Below are positions 1 to 10,520 of a stretch of DNA of 64,000 bases, in pieces. The notes beneath the pieces were generated by a model, which worked only from the letters and a program-made list of their open reading frames with translations, was not told the DNA's origin and made no database searches. The position numbers and the translations under genes were made by a program. This DNA comes from Nitrosopumilus sp. (GTDB taxonomy: Archaea; Thermoproteota; Nitrososphaeria; Nitrososphaerales; Nitrosopumilaceae). Where the stretch lies: assembly GCA_965238275.1 (NCBI GenBank), contig OZ250186.1:416001-480000 (forward strand). Direction: 5' to 3'. Every line of letters starts with the position of its first letter. The stretch's first letter is position 1.

Positions 1-3
1 ATC

Positions 4-408
4 ATGACCAAGGGCGATGCAAACAGGGCATCAATTCCCGGAACCGACTTCCCCATCACAGAGGACGAGTACATTGGAAAGGTCATATACACGGTTCCGG
101 ATGTGGGATACGCCACGCAGGTACTCAAGCCGCCGGTCAACTACATCATAATTGCAATTGTCATAGGGGTCGTGGTGATGAGGCAGATTAGAAAGGGCAA
201 AAAAGAGGAGGATTCTGAAGGATCAGAGCCGTCATATGACATACCGGACATGACTGACCTGAAGAGGGATCCAGAGTACGAGGACACGGGGGTTCAGGAT
301 GATGACAAGCCGGAGGATCTCCCGGATGATGCAGGCAAGGATGATGACAAGCCGGAGGATCTCCCGGATGATGCAGGCAAGGATGCCGGCCAGGATGACA
401 AAAAATAA
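4..408 (+). CDS. Signal peptidase I (Sec11/S26-like), C-terminal part with acidic tail; probably begins upstream of the window
   Basis: TKGDAN...D...IGKV motif typical of archaeal Sec11, followed by a TM helix and an Asp-rich tail. Confidence 0.75.
   Translation: MTKGDANRASIPGTDFPITEDEYIGKVIYTVPDVGYATQVLKPPVNYIIIAIVIGVVVMRQIRKGKKEEDSEGSEPSYDIPDMTDLKRDPEYEDTGVQDDDKPEDLPDDAGKDDDKPEDLPDDAGKDAGQDDKK
296..385 (+). repeat. 42-bp in-frame tandem repeat, about 2 copies (DDDKPEDLPDDAGK)
   Basis: aggatgatgacaagccggaggatctcccggatgatgcaggca occurs twice in tandem. Confidence 0.9.
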
Positions 409-555
409 CACATTCCATTAACCAGTTCCGTACCAGGGAACCCATTCCCCCCTCGGGCCGGATTGTTAATCCTCACACATCAGAGCAACCAAAAAGGAAC
501 GGCCAGGGGTATGACAAGTGGGAATGCAGATGTCGCCCAAAAGTGCCACGGGTAT

Positions 556-2082
556 CTACAGGACCGAGTCCTTTGTCTTAAAGACCCTCTTAAAGTACTC
601 AGAAGGCTCTGCAGGCTCCTGGATGTCATTTGTAATGCCTGCCAAATTCTTGGCAAGGTTCTTCTTGTAGCCTATCTGCATCTGCCGCTGGATCTGAATT
701 CTCTGGGCCTGCGGCGAGCCTGCGCCATGCATCGACTCGGTAAGATAGCCTACTGCGTTTCTGCCAAGCGTCATGTTTTCAATCAGTCTCAGAATCCTCA
801 TCCTGTTCTCAACATCGGTGCCCTTTCTGCCTACCAGGTACTTTTTGAGCAGCGGGCCGGCCTCGGGATGCCTAAAGTCCTTCTCGGAGGGAAGCGTCAC
901 CACCAGTCCCCCTGCAATGTCCTGTGCAAGCCTGCTTATCTCATATGGGAACCGGGTCACGTTGTGCTTGCAGACCTGGGCGAGCATGTCATCGTTCAGA
1001 TAGACACCGGACTTCAACTTGTGTCCCTGGTATGATGATGCGATTCCTGCGGCAAATATGGTCTCGTTGAGGTGTGTCATCTCGGTGATCTTGTCCTTTA
1101 TGTGGGATACCTTGGGGATTCCGTTGTAGTCGGCAATGGTGGCAGCCGCGCCTATCAGGACGTCTCCAAGTCCTGTCTTGCAGACGTAGCTCCTTCGGTG
1201 GTAACAGGTAAAGCGCTCAATGAGCATCGATGCAAACTCGTGTTCCCCGTCCATGAATATGTGCTCCCATGGGATAAACACCCGATCAAGTATTATCATC
1301 GCCTCTTGGCCGCCAAACTTTGCGTTGCCGTCATCAATGTCGCCATCCTCCATGCTTCTCGTATCGCAGGACTGCCTGCCGTAGATGTAGGTGATTCCCT
1401 CCGTGTCTGCCGGAACAGCCCCTACAATGCACCAGTCCCTGTCGTTTTCAGTCAGCCGGACAGTGGGCATCAGCATTATCCAGTGCGAGTTGATGCATCC
1501 GGTCTGGTGCGCCTTTGCGCCTGAGACATAGACTCCATTCTCGTCCCTGTCCACCACTCGTGTGAACAGATCCGGGTCCTCCTGTTCTGACGGACCCTTG
1601 CTTCGATCCCCCTTTGGATCCGTCATGGCGCCGCCGATCACAAGGTTCTCCCTCTGGAGCATCTTTACAAACTCTAGAAGCCGCGTATGGTAGTTGGTGT
1701 CGTGTTTTTGGTCAATCTCAAATGTTATGGAATGCAGCGAGTTGAGTGCGTCCATCCCCACACATCTCTGAAAGCATGTGCCCGTATTCTGGCCCAGCTT
1801 CCTTTGCATCCTGTTTTGCATGACCAGATCCTCTGCGCTCTCTGCAATGTGCAGGAAACGGTTGATTCTGAGTCCAGTAAGTGAGGAGTCAGCAGAGGCA
1901 AGGCCCTCTTCGCGAACAGCAAGGTCGTACGTCTCTGCCACTGCGTTGATTGACGGCCTTATCATGGGGTGATCCACGGGTTCCTCGACAAGTTCCCCAA
2001 ACAGGTATATCTTGAGATTACGGTTTCTAAGGCTCTGAATGTAATCTTCTCCGGTTCTGATGGTTTTCAATATGTTAGCCAT
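556..2082 (-). CDS. abfD: 4-hydroxybutyryl-CoA dehydratase (3HP/4HB carbon fixation cycle)
   Basis: 508 aa; TCFQRCVGMD Fe-S motif, HRRSYVCK and ESMHGAGSPQAQ motifs; adjacent to the ligase gene. Confidence 0.95.
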   Translation of the reverse strand: MANILKTIRTGEDYIQSLRNRNLKIYLFGELVEEPVDHPMIRPSINAVAETYDLAVREEGLASADSSLTGLRINRFLHIAESAEDLVMQNRMQRKLGQNTGTCFQRCVGMDALNSLHSITFEIDQKHDTNYHTRLLEFVKMLQRENLVIGGAMTDPKGDRSKGPSEQEDPDLFTRVVDRDENGVYVSGAKAHQTGCINSHWIMLMPTVRLTENDRDWCIVGAVPADTEGITYIYGRQSCDTRSMEDGDIDDGNAKFGGQEAMIILDRVFIPWEHIFMDGEHEFASMLIERFTCYHRRSYVCKTGLGDVLIGAAATIADYNGIPKVSHIKDKITEMTHLNETIFAAGIASSYQGHKLKSGVYLNDDMLAQVCKHNVTRFPYEISRLAQDIAGGLVVTLPSEKDFRHPEAGPLLKKYLVGRKGTDVENRMRILRLIENMTLGRNAVGYLTESMHGAGSPQAQRIQIQRQMQIGYKKNLAKNLAGITNDIQEPAEPSEYFKRVFKTKDSVL

Positions 2083-2224
2083 CCCATTCTATTCCTCTTC
2101 ATGCTGTATAAATATTAGAGGTTATACGGGGGATACGTGCATTCGTGCCACGGGCACGGGGCAACAATGGCCTCATATGGCAATCATGCATACGCAGGCT
2201 CTGTGTCCGGGAATGAGTTCTGGA

Positions 2225-4321
2225 TCAGAGGCCTATCCGGACATCCAGGATGCGGCATCCGCTGCCCTTCTCCATGACAAGGACCGGATTCATGTCAAGC
2301 TCCCTTATCTCCTCAAAGTCCGAGACCAGCTGGGAGAGCCTCTGGATGCACTCGGAGAGCTTGGCAGTGTCAGAGGGCTTCTCGCCACGGACCCCCTGGA
2401 GGAGCTTCTGGGTCTTGATTGAGGCAATCATGTCGTCTGCCTCCCTGTCAGTGACGGGGGCAAGCCTGAATGTGACATCCTTTAGTATCTCCACGTATAT
2501 CCCTCCCATGCCAAGCATGATTACGGGACCGAACCCGGGTTCCTGCTTGGAGCCGATGATCATCTCCTTTCCTCCCTTGACCATCTCCACAATCAAGACC
2601 CCCTTGATCTCTGCCCCGGGATCATACTTTTTGGCGTTTGCAGTGACTGTCTCAAAGGCATTCCTTACCTGGTCGTCATCTGTAAGATTTACCACGACGC
2701 CGCCGGCATCTGACTTGTGAATGATCTGGGGGGATGCAATCTTCATTACCACGGGGTATCCTATCTCTCCTGCAACCTCTACTGCCTCCTCTGCATTCTG
2801 GGCAAGCGCGCTCTCTGGCAGCGGCAGGCCGTATGCCTTGAGCACCTCCTGCCCCTCTTCCTCAAGCAGGCTTGTCCTGCTGTCCCTCTTGACTGCCGCA
2901 AAGACCTTTCTTGCCCTTGTGCGGTTTACCCTGAATCTGCGAATCGTCCCGTCCTCAGAGTCGACCCATTCTGAGAACCTGATCATTGCCGCAAGCGTGC
3001 GGATTGCCCCCTCTGCATAGGTGTAGTACGGGACGTTTCCGGCAGCCAGAATCTCCCTGTTGGTGATTCCCTCGTCCAGCCCCATCAGGCTTGCAAGCAT
3101 CGTCTTTTTGTGCTTGCCGGACATCTCTACGATTACCCTTGCAAGCCCGTCGTAGTCGAGTGTTCCGGAGGGAGTGCACATTGAGATTACCGAGCCCACG
3201 TTTGGATGCTTCAGGACATGGTCCAGCACGCCTGCAAACCGCTCAAAGCTGGCATCGCCTACAATGTCAACCGGATTCCGGGAGCTTCCCCAGGGCGGAA
3301 TGACAGCATCGATCTTCTTTCGGATGCTTGTAATGTCTGCCATCTTGATCTTCATCTTGGAGCAGACATCAGTCGAGATGATTGCAGGCCCGCCTGCGTT
3401 GGATACTATAACAAGGCCGCCCTTTGACGGAAGCGGCTGCTTGGAGAGGGCAGTGGCATAGTCAAACAGTTCCTCCATGGTATCGACCCTGATCGCACCG
3501 GACTGCTTGAGCAGGGCATCATAGATCTCATCAGAGCCCATAAGGGCCCCGGTGTGGGACATTGCAGCCTTTGCGCCCTCCGGGCTGCGTCCGGACTTGA
3601 GAACAAGGACAGGCTTTTTGAGGTTCTTGGTAATGTTCCTGCAGACCTTGAGGAATTCCTGGCCGTCGCCCATGTCCTCAAGATACATGACTATGACCTC
3701 AGTCTGCTTGTGCTCTGCCAGAATCTTCATGATGTCAACTTCGCTCATTGCAGCCTTGTTTCCAAGGCTGACTACTGCAGAGAACCCTATTCCCTGTGCG
3801 CTTGCATCCTCTACTAGCGCCGCACAGATCGCGCCGCTCTGGGACACCAGGGCTATCTTTCCTGACTTGGGGGTGATCTTTAGGAACGTGGAGTTCATCA
3901 TGGTTTTTGGATCAAGGTTCATCACTCCAAGGCAGTTTGGTCCGATAATCTGGGTTCCGTATCTGCTGGCAATCTCCTTGATCTGCTGCTCGCGTTTTGC
4001 GCCCTCCTCGTCGACCTCCTTGAAGCCGGCCGTGATAATTATGACCCCCTTGATCTTCTTCTTGCCGCACTCTTCTAGCACGGGTGCGACCAGGGTATTT
4101 TTAATGACGATTACTGCAAGATCCACCCGTTTTGGAACATCAAGGACGCTCTTGTAGGCCTTTTTGCCAAAGACAGTATCCCTTGACGGACTGATGGGGT
4201 AGATGGTTCCCTTGAATCCGTTCATTATGTTTGATGATATGGTGGCCCCCACGCTTCCCTTCTTGTCGGATGCGCCGATTATCGCAATCGACTTGGGGGA
4301 GAGGAACACGGATTTGGCCAT
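2225..4321 (-). CDS. ADP-forming acyl-CoA synthetase, likely 4-hydroxybutyrate-CoA ligase
   Basis: 698 aa; CoA-binding N-terminus, SHTGALMG phospho-His motif, C-terminal ATP-grasp (HKSDAGGV); synteny with abfD as in Nitrosopumilus. Confidence 0.9.
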   Translation of the reverse strand: MAKSVFLSPKSIAIIGASDKKGSVGATISSNIMNGFKGTIYPISPSRDTVFGKKAYKSVLDVPKRVDLAVIVIKNTLVAPVLEECGKKKIKGVIIITAGFKEVDEEGAKREQQIKEIASRYGTQIIGPNCLGVMNLDPKTMMNSTFLKITPKSGKIALVSQSGAICAALVEDASAQGIGFSAVVSLGNKAAMSEVDIMKILAEHKQTEVIVMYLEDMGDGQEFLKVCRNITKNLKKPVLVLKSGRSPEGAKAAMSHTGALMGSDEIYDALLKQSGAIRVDTMEELFDYATALSKQPLPSKGGLVIVSNAGGPAIISTDVCSKMKIKMADITSIRKKIDAVIPPWGSSRNPVDIVGDASFERFAGVLDHVLKHPNVGSVISMCTPSGTLDYDGLARVIVEMSGKHKKTMLASLMGLDEGITNREILAAGNVPYYTYAEGAIRTLAAMIRFSEWVDSEDGTIRRFRVNRTRARKVFAAVKRDSRTSLLEEEGQEVLKAYGLPLPESALAQNAEEAVEVAGEIGYPVVMKIASPQIIHKSDAGGVVVNLTDDDQVRNAFETVTANAKKYDPGAEIKGVLIVEMVKGGKEMIIGSKQEPGFGPVIMLGMGGIYVEILKDVTFRLAPVTDREADDMIASIKTQKLLQGVRGEKPSDTAKLSECIQRLSQLVSDFEEIRELDMNPVLVMEKGSGCRILDVRIGL

Positions 4322-4589
4322 GGGATATGATGGATCAGGGGATTCGCATAATAATAAAGCTACTCAGGGATCGGCCATGCAGATTCATGTGCCATTCTGC
4401 GCCACGGCACATCTGAAGATTCTCCAGTCCGGATTCATGAGGTGGGTTTTTGTCTGGTGTTAGAGTGGGGGAGAAGGTGCCAGAATGCAGATGATGCATC
4501 CGGCAATTGGGGCGAGATCGGGATGGTTTGGGGATGCGTCGCAGGCAGTCCTGTAGGGATTTACAGGGTACCCATATCCGGAATATGGC

Positions 4590-4874
4590 TCAGTCCACTG
4601 TAATCTTCAAAAATGCCAGCAGTCCTACCATCTCTGCAATGCCGACACCCAGCATGTACGGGAATATTTCGTGGGAGAATATCTCTTCCATGGAAAAGTA
4701 TGCAAGGGAGCCTATGGCGTTATGCAGGAACAGCATGACGCCTACCACGATCAGGCCCAGCGGGAGCTGCGCGTGCGTCTTGGCATACATGTTGCCAAAT
4801 ATGGCGATCAGGATGCCCAGAATCCCCATGTTGACTATCGAGATTATCGAGAGTACAAGTGCTATGGGCTCCAT
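4590..4874 (-). CDS. Small membrane protein (about 3 TM)
   Basis: Hydrophobic ORF from MEPIALV, directly downstream of the wHTH gene. Confidence 0.7.
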   Translation of the reverse strand: MEPIALVLSIISIVNMGILGILIAIFGNMYAKTHAQLPLGLIVVGVMLFLHNAIGSLAYFSMEEIFSHEIFPYMLGVGIAEMVGLLAFLKITVD

Positions 4875-4896
4875 GGAGTGAAAGTGTCTAAATCTC

Positions 4897-5199
4897 TTAT
4901 GTACTTTTATCCAATTTTTTTTCAATGTCCTCTAGAAGCTCGATGTTAACCTCCAGGTATGCAGAGAGAAAATACGCCACGCCGTACTTTTCGCCGATGC
5001 TGGTAACAAGGTTGTTCTTTTCAAGCACCCGGATGTGGTGCTGGATTGCCTTGTAGTCAAGGCCCAGCTCGTTTGCAAGCTGGTTTATGTTGAGCGGATT
5101 CTGCTTTATCCTGGAGATGATTCTCAGGCGGTTCAGGCCCCCGCGCGTGCCGGCAAATACAAACCAGAGTAGCCTTCTGGCGTCGGGATCGTTTTTCAC
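4897..5199 (-). CDS. ArsR-like winged-helix transcription regulator
   Basis: LLWFVFAGTRGG...NINQLANELGLDYKAIQHHIRVL helix-turn-helix. Confidence 0.85.
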   Translation of the reverse strand: MKNDPDARRLLWFVFAGTRGGLNRLRIISRIKQNPLNINQLANELGLDYKAIQHHIRVLEKNNLVTSIGEKYGVAYFLSAYLEVNIELLEDIEKKLDKST

Positions 5200-5862
5200 A
5201 ATCTGAAAGGGTTGTCAGTCTGTAACTAAAACGTATGGGATGGTATGGGGGGAGTGGGTGTTCCGGTGAAGTGGGATGGGTACTTTCGAATCATCTGCAG
5301 TCTGCCAACCGGTTGCCGGCATACAGAACGCTGTGTGGCCAGGATCCCTGTCGTGTGGCAATGCATATGGACATGGGTGTTACCTGTGGCCATAGCAGCA
5401 GGCATCTCAGGAAATGGACATGTTGCAGGGCGTAGCATACGAGTAGTTTCAAAATATGACGGCGGAAATTCCGAAGTTTTTGGAGATGCAATAATAAAAT
5501 GACAAAAAAGAATTTTTAATCAAAACCAGAAAAGCAATATGAAACAATTATCCGTTTAGATGGATTCCCGCACACAACGAAATAATGATTGTGTTGTTTT
5601 TGAGTGTCAGAAGGCATTGAGGTTAGAAAGCCTTGTTGGTGATTATTGCCCGGTATTGGCAAAATGAACCGCACGCAACCAAAAAAAGCAATCCCGTTTT
5701 ACCGGCATCCCACAAAAATCATGCACAAACAGGCATCAGACCATAGTTTTGGGTTGTCTGAGCCTTGAGAATCCAGACGCATGCAAAAACCCGGATGGTT
5801 CCAGGGCGCAGAGGGAGTTTAAAACTATAAAAAACACGCCAAGGAAACCCCCTTGAAGAGAG

Positions 5863-6744
5863 TTGTTGCTCAACTACGATGCCCCCCTGTACAGGCCGCC
5901 TTCTGAGGCAAGATCGTTGATATTTCAGGTGACGCTCGGATGCTCGTTTAACGAGTGCTCCTTTTGCGACATGTACAGGTCAAAGGAGTACTCGGAAAGA
6001 TCATGGGACGAGGTAAAAGCAGAGATCGACATGATGTCCAGATACATGCCGGAGACCAGAAGGGTATTTCTTGCAGACGGGGACGCGCTGAACCTTGACA
6101 CGGAATACATGATAAAGATTGTAAGGTACATCAAAGAAAAGTTCCGGCACATTGAGAGGATATCCTGCTATGCAATGCCGATGAACATTCTCAAAAAGAC
6201 TCCCGACGAGCTGACAAGGATGAACGAGGCAGGCCTTGACATGTTCTATCTTGGAATCGAGAGCGGATCAGACGTGGTGCTCAAAAAGGTGACAAAGGGC
6301 GCCATTGCAAAGACCATCATCAAGTCAGTCAACAAGGCAAAGGACGCAGGATACGTCATGTCGTGCATGATAATTCTCGGGCTCGGCGGCAGGACGCACT
6401 CCAAGGAGCACATCAGGGGCACTGCAGAAGTAATCAACGCATGCTCGCCGCACTACGTGGGTGCCTTGACCCTGTATCTTGAGAACGGGATAAAGCAGGA
6501 ATTCCTTGAAAAGTTCAAAGAGCCGTTTGTCAAGATTAATGATGACGAGTCGCTTGAGGAGCTCCATGACCTGATCAGCCAGATTAAGACGCAAGAGAGT
6601 GTCATATTCAGGGCAAACCACGGCTCCAATGCATATACAATCAAGGGCACCTTCCCGCAGGACAGGCAGGCGATGCTGGACAGGGTCGGGTGGATGATGC
6701 AGCACCCCGAGATTGTGCGCCCCCAGGGACTGCGCGGTTTCTAG
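5863..6744 (+). CDS. Radical SAM protein
   Basis: CxxxCxxC (CSFNECSFC); YRPPSEA N-terminus; GIESG motif. Confidence 0.9.
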   Translation: MLLNYDAPLYRPPSEARSLIFQVTLGCSFNECSFCDMYRSKEYSERSWDEVKAEIDMMSRYMPETRRVFLADGDALNLDTEYMIKIVRYIKEKFRHIERISCYAMPMNILKKTPDELTRMNEAGLDMFYLGIESGSDVVLKKVTKGAIAKTIIKSVNKAKDAGYVMSCMIILGLGGRTHSKEHIRGTAEVINACSPHYVGALTLYLENGIKQEFLEKFKEPFVKINDDESLEELHDLISQIKTQESVIFRANHGSNAYTIKGTFPQDRQAMLDRVGWMMQHPEIVRPQGLRGF

Positions 6745-6752
6745 GAATTAAT

Positions 6753-7004
6753 CTAGAGGCGGTCTATGACCGGCGCCAGGTTCTCAGGCAGGTCCGGCAG
6801 CTCCGTATGGCTTTCATTGTTTTGAAGAATCTCAGGACCAATGCGCCTTACCCGCTGTGTGCCAAGAAGGGTGTCGATGCTCCTCTGAATGTCCTTCTCG
6901 GAGAGTACGGCCTTGAGCCTTTCAGTGACAGTCTCCTCGTCCTCATACTTTTTAATCGCATGCTGTACAAGGATTATCTTCTCCTCGTATGAGAAATCTG
7001 CCAT
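6753..7004 (-). CDS. Hypothetical protein
   Basis: ORF from MADFSYEE with protein-like composition, fits between neighbours. Confidence 0.65.
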   Translation of the reverse strand: MADFSYEEKIILVQHAIKKYEDEETVTERLKAVLSEKDIQRSIDTLLGTQRVRRIGPEILQNNESHTELPDLPENLAPVIDRL

Positions 7005-7067
7005 GCCCCGGATGGCCTCCGGACTATTATAAATGGTTAAAATACATGACACGCGTAACCATTCCAG

Positions 7068-7559
7068 ATGGCAGGCAAGCTGGAGATTGTTTCAAACGTA
7101 CTGAGGATCAGGAGGTATGCCACAATAGCAGTAGTCAGCGGGCTGGGGCTGGGCGCGATATACTATCTTCTGACCATGTCCATGCTGCCTGTGCACATTG
7201 GCATAGTATCTGAATTCATGCCGTTCTACCTTGCCTCATCCATCGCACTCACGGCCGCAGTGTCCGGTCTTGCGGGAATCAACTTTGCCATGATGGCATT
7301 CAAGATCAGCAGGATGAGGATGATGAGGTCTGTAAAGTCAGACTCGTCTGCCGTGCTTGGAGGCGCGTTTGCAGCATTCACCCCCGGGTGTCCTGCGTGT
7401 ACTGCGCCCCTGGCAGTGATCCTGGGTGCAGTCGGAGGGCTGTCGCTGTTCCCCATGCAGGGCCTGGAACTAAAGTTCGTCTCAGTCGGGGTGCTGTGCT
7501 TTTCCATATGGTGGATTGCAAGGGGGCTTCAGACCCGCAGCTGCTGCAAGATAGGATGA
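7068..7559 (+). CDS. Membrane protein with CxxC (GCPAC) motif
   Basis: About 4 TM segments; PGCPACTAP; C-terminal CC. Confidence 0.7.
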   Translation: MAGKLEIVSNVLRIRRYATIAVVSGLGLGAIYYLLTMSMLPVHIGIVSEFMPFYLASSIALTAAVSGLAGINFAMMAFKISRMRMMRSVKSDSSAVLGGAFAAFTPGCPACTAPLAVILGAVGGLSLFPMQGLELKFVSVGVLCFSIWWIARGLQTRSCCKIG

Positions 7560-7603
7560 CTCTTCACCGTCTGAGTTCCCGCGTATATGACACACGGCAT
7601 CTC

Positions 7604-8053
7604 TCACTTGGGATTCCTCTCAAAGAAGAGCGCTGACTGCTTGAATCCCAGATTCTTGTAGAATCCGTGGGCGTCTGTCCTCTGGTTTCCGGATTCCAGC
7701 CTCATCCTGTGGCATTCCTTCTTCCCTGCAATATGCGCGCACTTGTCGACAAGCTTCTCCCCTATTCCCATCCCCCTATACTCCGGGAGGACTACCATTT
7801 CCGGGATGTACATCTCGGGGGTCTTTTGGTTGAGCCGTGGCAGCAGAATCATGCTCATCATGCCTACAATCTTTACATCGTCAATCTCTGCCACAAGTAC
7901 GTACTTGTCGGGGTCCATGATGTATCCCATGAGGCGTTTTCTGAACAGATCAACATCAGCATCCTCCTGCGGTTTTGGGCGTCCAAGATCGTAGAGCAGT
8001 CCGAGTATGACAGGGACATCAGCATCGGTGCCATCCCTGATGAGGCAATTCAT
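7604..8053 (-). CDS. GNAT family N-acetyltransferase
   Basis: VVLPEYRGMGIG acetyl-CoA motif and AHGFYKNLGF. Confidence 0.9.
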   Translation of the reverse strand: MNCLIRDGTDADVPVILGLLYDLGRPKPQEDADVDLFRKRLMGYIMDPDKYVLVAEIDDVKIVGMMSMILLPRLNQKTPEMYIPEMVVLPEYRGMGIGEKLVDKCAHIAGKKECHRMRLESGNQRTDAHGFYKNLGFKQSALFFERNPK

Positions 8054-8118
8054 AGGGTAAACAGGTCGTCTCAGGTATAAAGCCCATCCCCTTGGGCAAT
8101 GCCGCCGCCGCCGCCGCA

Positions 8119-8892
8119 CTAGACCCTTGAAAAGAGGAGCTCAAGGCATTCCCCGAACCGCCCGTTCAATCTCTGAAGGCGGGTCTGGTCCATCTCAAGG
8201 GAGTCCCCGTCAAACCAAGGCGGTGCCAGATACATGCCCCGGTTCATCTCAATCTGAATCCACGGTACCGGGTTGTTGCCGTATGTCCTGGTTATGTGGC
8301 CCCCGTGGAACGGACTGTTAATGGAGACGTCCTTCCTGTCCACCTGGAACGACTCGGATATGCAGTCGGCCAGAAGATGTATCATCTCCCCAGACGAGGT
8401 CCTGCCGTCCCAGTTTGATATGCAGAATTGCGGCCTGCCGCTCTTGTTCCCGTCCGGGGAGACATCAGGCGCATGCGAGGCCATGGAGTGGCAGTCAAGG
8501 CACACCTGCACGTCCAGCTCCCGGAGGCTCCTTTGAATCTCCCTATGGTACGGCATGTAGTACCTTTGAACCAGAAGGGACCTGAGGGACTCGTCAGGCT
8601 CGGCGCCGGTGCGGTATATGGGCCTCTGATGGCACGTGGCGCTTTTTATCAGGCCGTCAGGATTCTGCGGGGGCATGGCATGCAGGGAGCGGTTCAGATC
8701 AACAAATGTCCGCGCAACGTCAGCCTTTACCACGTGCTGCACCATCTCCCCCAGATCGTAAATCTCAGCCACAAACGGGTCAGAGTCATCAAAGAGATCC
8801 TTCCCAGTTATGGACAGGCGGCCCTGCAGCTCCTGCGGTGTCGCTGTTCCGCCGTGGGGTATTGACAGGAGCGCCGGCAGTGCCGTCGTCAT
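8119..8892 (-). CDS. N-formylglutamate amidohydrolase family protein
   Basis: SIPHGG, VDLNR, YMPYH, DCHSM, PFHGGHIT and QIEMNR motifs. Confidence 0.9.
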   Translation of the reverse strand: MTTALPALLSIPHGGTATPQELQGRLSITGKDLFDDSDPFVAEIYDLGEMVQHVVKADVARTFVDLNRSLHAMPPQNPDGLIKSATCHQRPIYRTGAEPDESLRSLLVQRYYMPYHREIQRSLRELDVQVCLDCHSMASHAPDVSPDGNKSGRPQFCISNWDGRTSSGEMIHLLADCISESFQVDRKDVSINSPFHGGHITRTYGNNPVPWIQIEMNRGMYLAPPWFDGDSLEMDQTRLQRLNGRFGECLELLFSRV

Positions 8893-10520
8893 TCCGGCCC
8901 CTCTGCTGTTCCGTCGCGCCTGACCTCGGCGATCCCCTGGAATCCCCCCTCCCCGGTGTTCCTCTTCAGGACTGCGTGTATCGCGCCCATAAAGAACGAG
9001 TACCTGTCCCGCACGTCTATCTTGTAGCCTGTCTTCTTCAGCTGTTTTATGATATCAGGGGCATGCTCGTCTTTCTCTATGCTGACCTTCCCGTCAAGGG
9101 AGCAGTGAATCCTGGGCTTTGACATGGCCACGTCAATCGGGTCTCCACCGTCAATCACGCGCGATATGAAATGGCTCACGACTGAAAAGATTCTCGAGGA
9201 ACCCGGACTCCCCAGGACCATCCACGGCTCGTGGTTGTAAAAGATGATTGCAGGGGATACGGACGTCCAGGGGATTGAGTTGGGCCTGAGATAGAACGGG
9301 TGGTTCGGGTTCTCAAACTCAAAGGCGGACATGTAGTTGTTGTACAGGAATCCGAGTCCGTCGGCTGCGGCCTTTGAGCCGTACACCAGCTCGATGGACT
9401 GGGTGATGCCCACGGCGTTTCCCTCCCCGTCCATCACCGAAAGATGCGTCGTATCCTCGATGTCAGGCAACTCCCTCAGCGGCAGGTCAGGATCAATGGA
9501 GTCCCGGATTGATTTTGAAAGGGATCTTGCAAACTTTCTGCTCAGGTGGGTCCTCTGGTCTATCTGGTGGTATGTCACGGGGTTGAACTTTCTCTGCGTC
9601 CTGTACAGCAGCGCCTTTCGGAACGTCTCGGCTACAAAGTGGTACGACTGCGGATCCCTTCCTCTAAGAAAGGACCTTTTCAGGTTTGCAAGCATCATCA
9701 GCACCAGCAGCATCGTATCGCCTGCAGAGGGGGGCGGCATGGTCGAGATCCGGATTCCGCGGTATCTTCTGCTGAGCGGCTTGCGCTCGACGGGTTCGGG
9801 TATCAGCGCAAGATCCTCCAGGTGCAGAAACCCGCGGTTGATCCTCATGTCCTTGTCAATCAGCCTGGCCACCATTCCGTGGTAGAACGAGCGGTAGCCG
9901 TTCTGTGATATGTACTTGAGGGTCTCTGCAAGATCCTCCTGGACGAACAGATCCCCGACGCCGTATGGCTCCATGCCGTCCTTGAGAAAGTACCTTGCGC
10001 CGGACCTGGATCCCACCCTGAAGAACTTTGCAAGGTTATTTGCCTGCAGCTTGTGCTGGAGTGGGGTTATCCTGTATCCGTTCCTTGCAATGCGGATCGC
10101 CGGCTCTGCCACGTCTGCCCAGTCCAGCCGTCCGTACGCCTCGCTGAGGTATCCCAGTGTCGCAACCGTACTGGGAACAGTCGTTGCCCTGTATCCGATG
10201 AACCTGTGGGAGTGCTTTTCATAGAACGTTCTGTGCGCAAGGGACGGGGCCCTGCTTGAGCCGTCGACTGCTACGGTCTTGCCGTCAATGTTCATGATGG
10301 CAAGGGACTGGCCACCTATTCCGGACGACTGGGGCTCGCAGACTCCCAGCGCAAGGGCCGTGGCACACGCAGCATCGACTGCGTTTCCGCCCTTTTCAAG
10401 CATGCTCACCCCCGCCCGGGTGGCCTCAGGAAATGCAGAGGAGACCATCCCTCCCCGGGCAACAGAGCATTTCTTGTCAGGGGACGGCCGGAACGAGTCC
10501 TCTATCCCTTCAATGTCCAT
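8889..10520 (-). CDS. ggt: Gamma-glutamyltransferase family protein
   Basis: GGNAVDAA...LGVCEPQSSGIGG, autocleavage TTHLSV, GSPGSSRI. Confidence 0.9.
   Translation of the reverse strand: MDIEGIEDSFRPSPDKKCSVARGGMVSSAFPEATRAGVSMLEKGGNAVDAACATALALGVCEPQSSGIGGQSLAIMNIDGKTVAVDGSSRAPSLAHRTFYEKHSHRFIGYRATTVPSTVATLGYLSEAYGRLDWADVAEPAIRIARNGYRITPLQHKLQANNLAKFFRVGSRSGARYFLKDGMEPYGVGDLFVQEDLAETLKYISQNGYRSFYHGMVARLIDKDMRINRGFLHLEDLALIPEPVERKPLSRRYRGIRISTMPPPSAGDTMLLVLMMLANLKRSFLRGRDPQSYHFVAETFRKALLYRTQRKFNPVTYHQIDQRTHLSRKFARSLSKSIRDSIDPDLPLRELPDIEDTTHLSVMDGEGNAVGITQSIELVYGSKAAADGLGFLYNNYMSAFEFENPNHPFYLRPNSIPWTSVSPAIIFYNHEPWMVLGSPGSSRIFSVVSHFISRVIDGGDPIDVAMSKPRIHCSLDGKVSIEKDEHAPDIIKQLKKTGYKIDVRDRYSFFMGAIHAVLKRNTGEGGFQGIAEVRRDGTAEGPE

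Noticed and set aside
5200-5860. Long intergenic region as a possible ncRNA or replication origin
   Set aside because: No convincing stems, ORB-like repeats or adjacent cdc6 gene seen.
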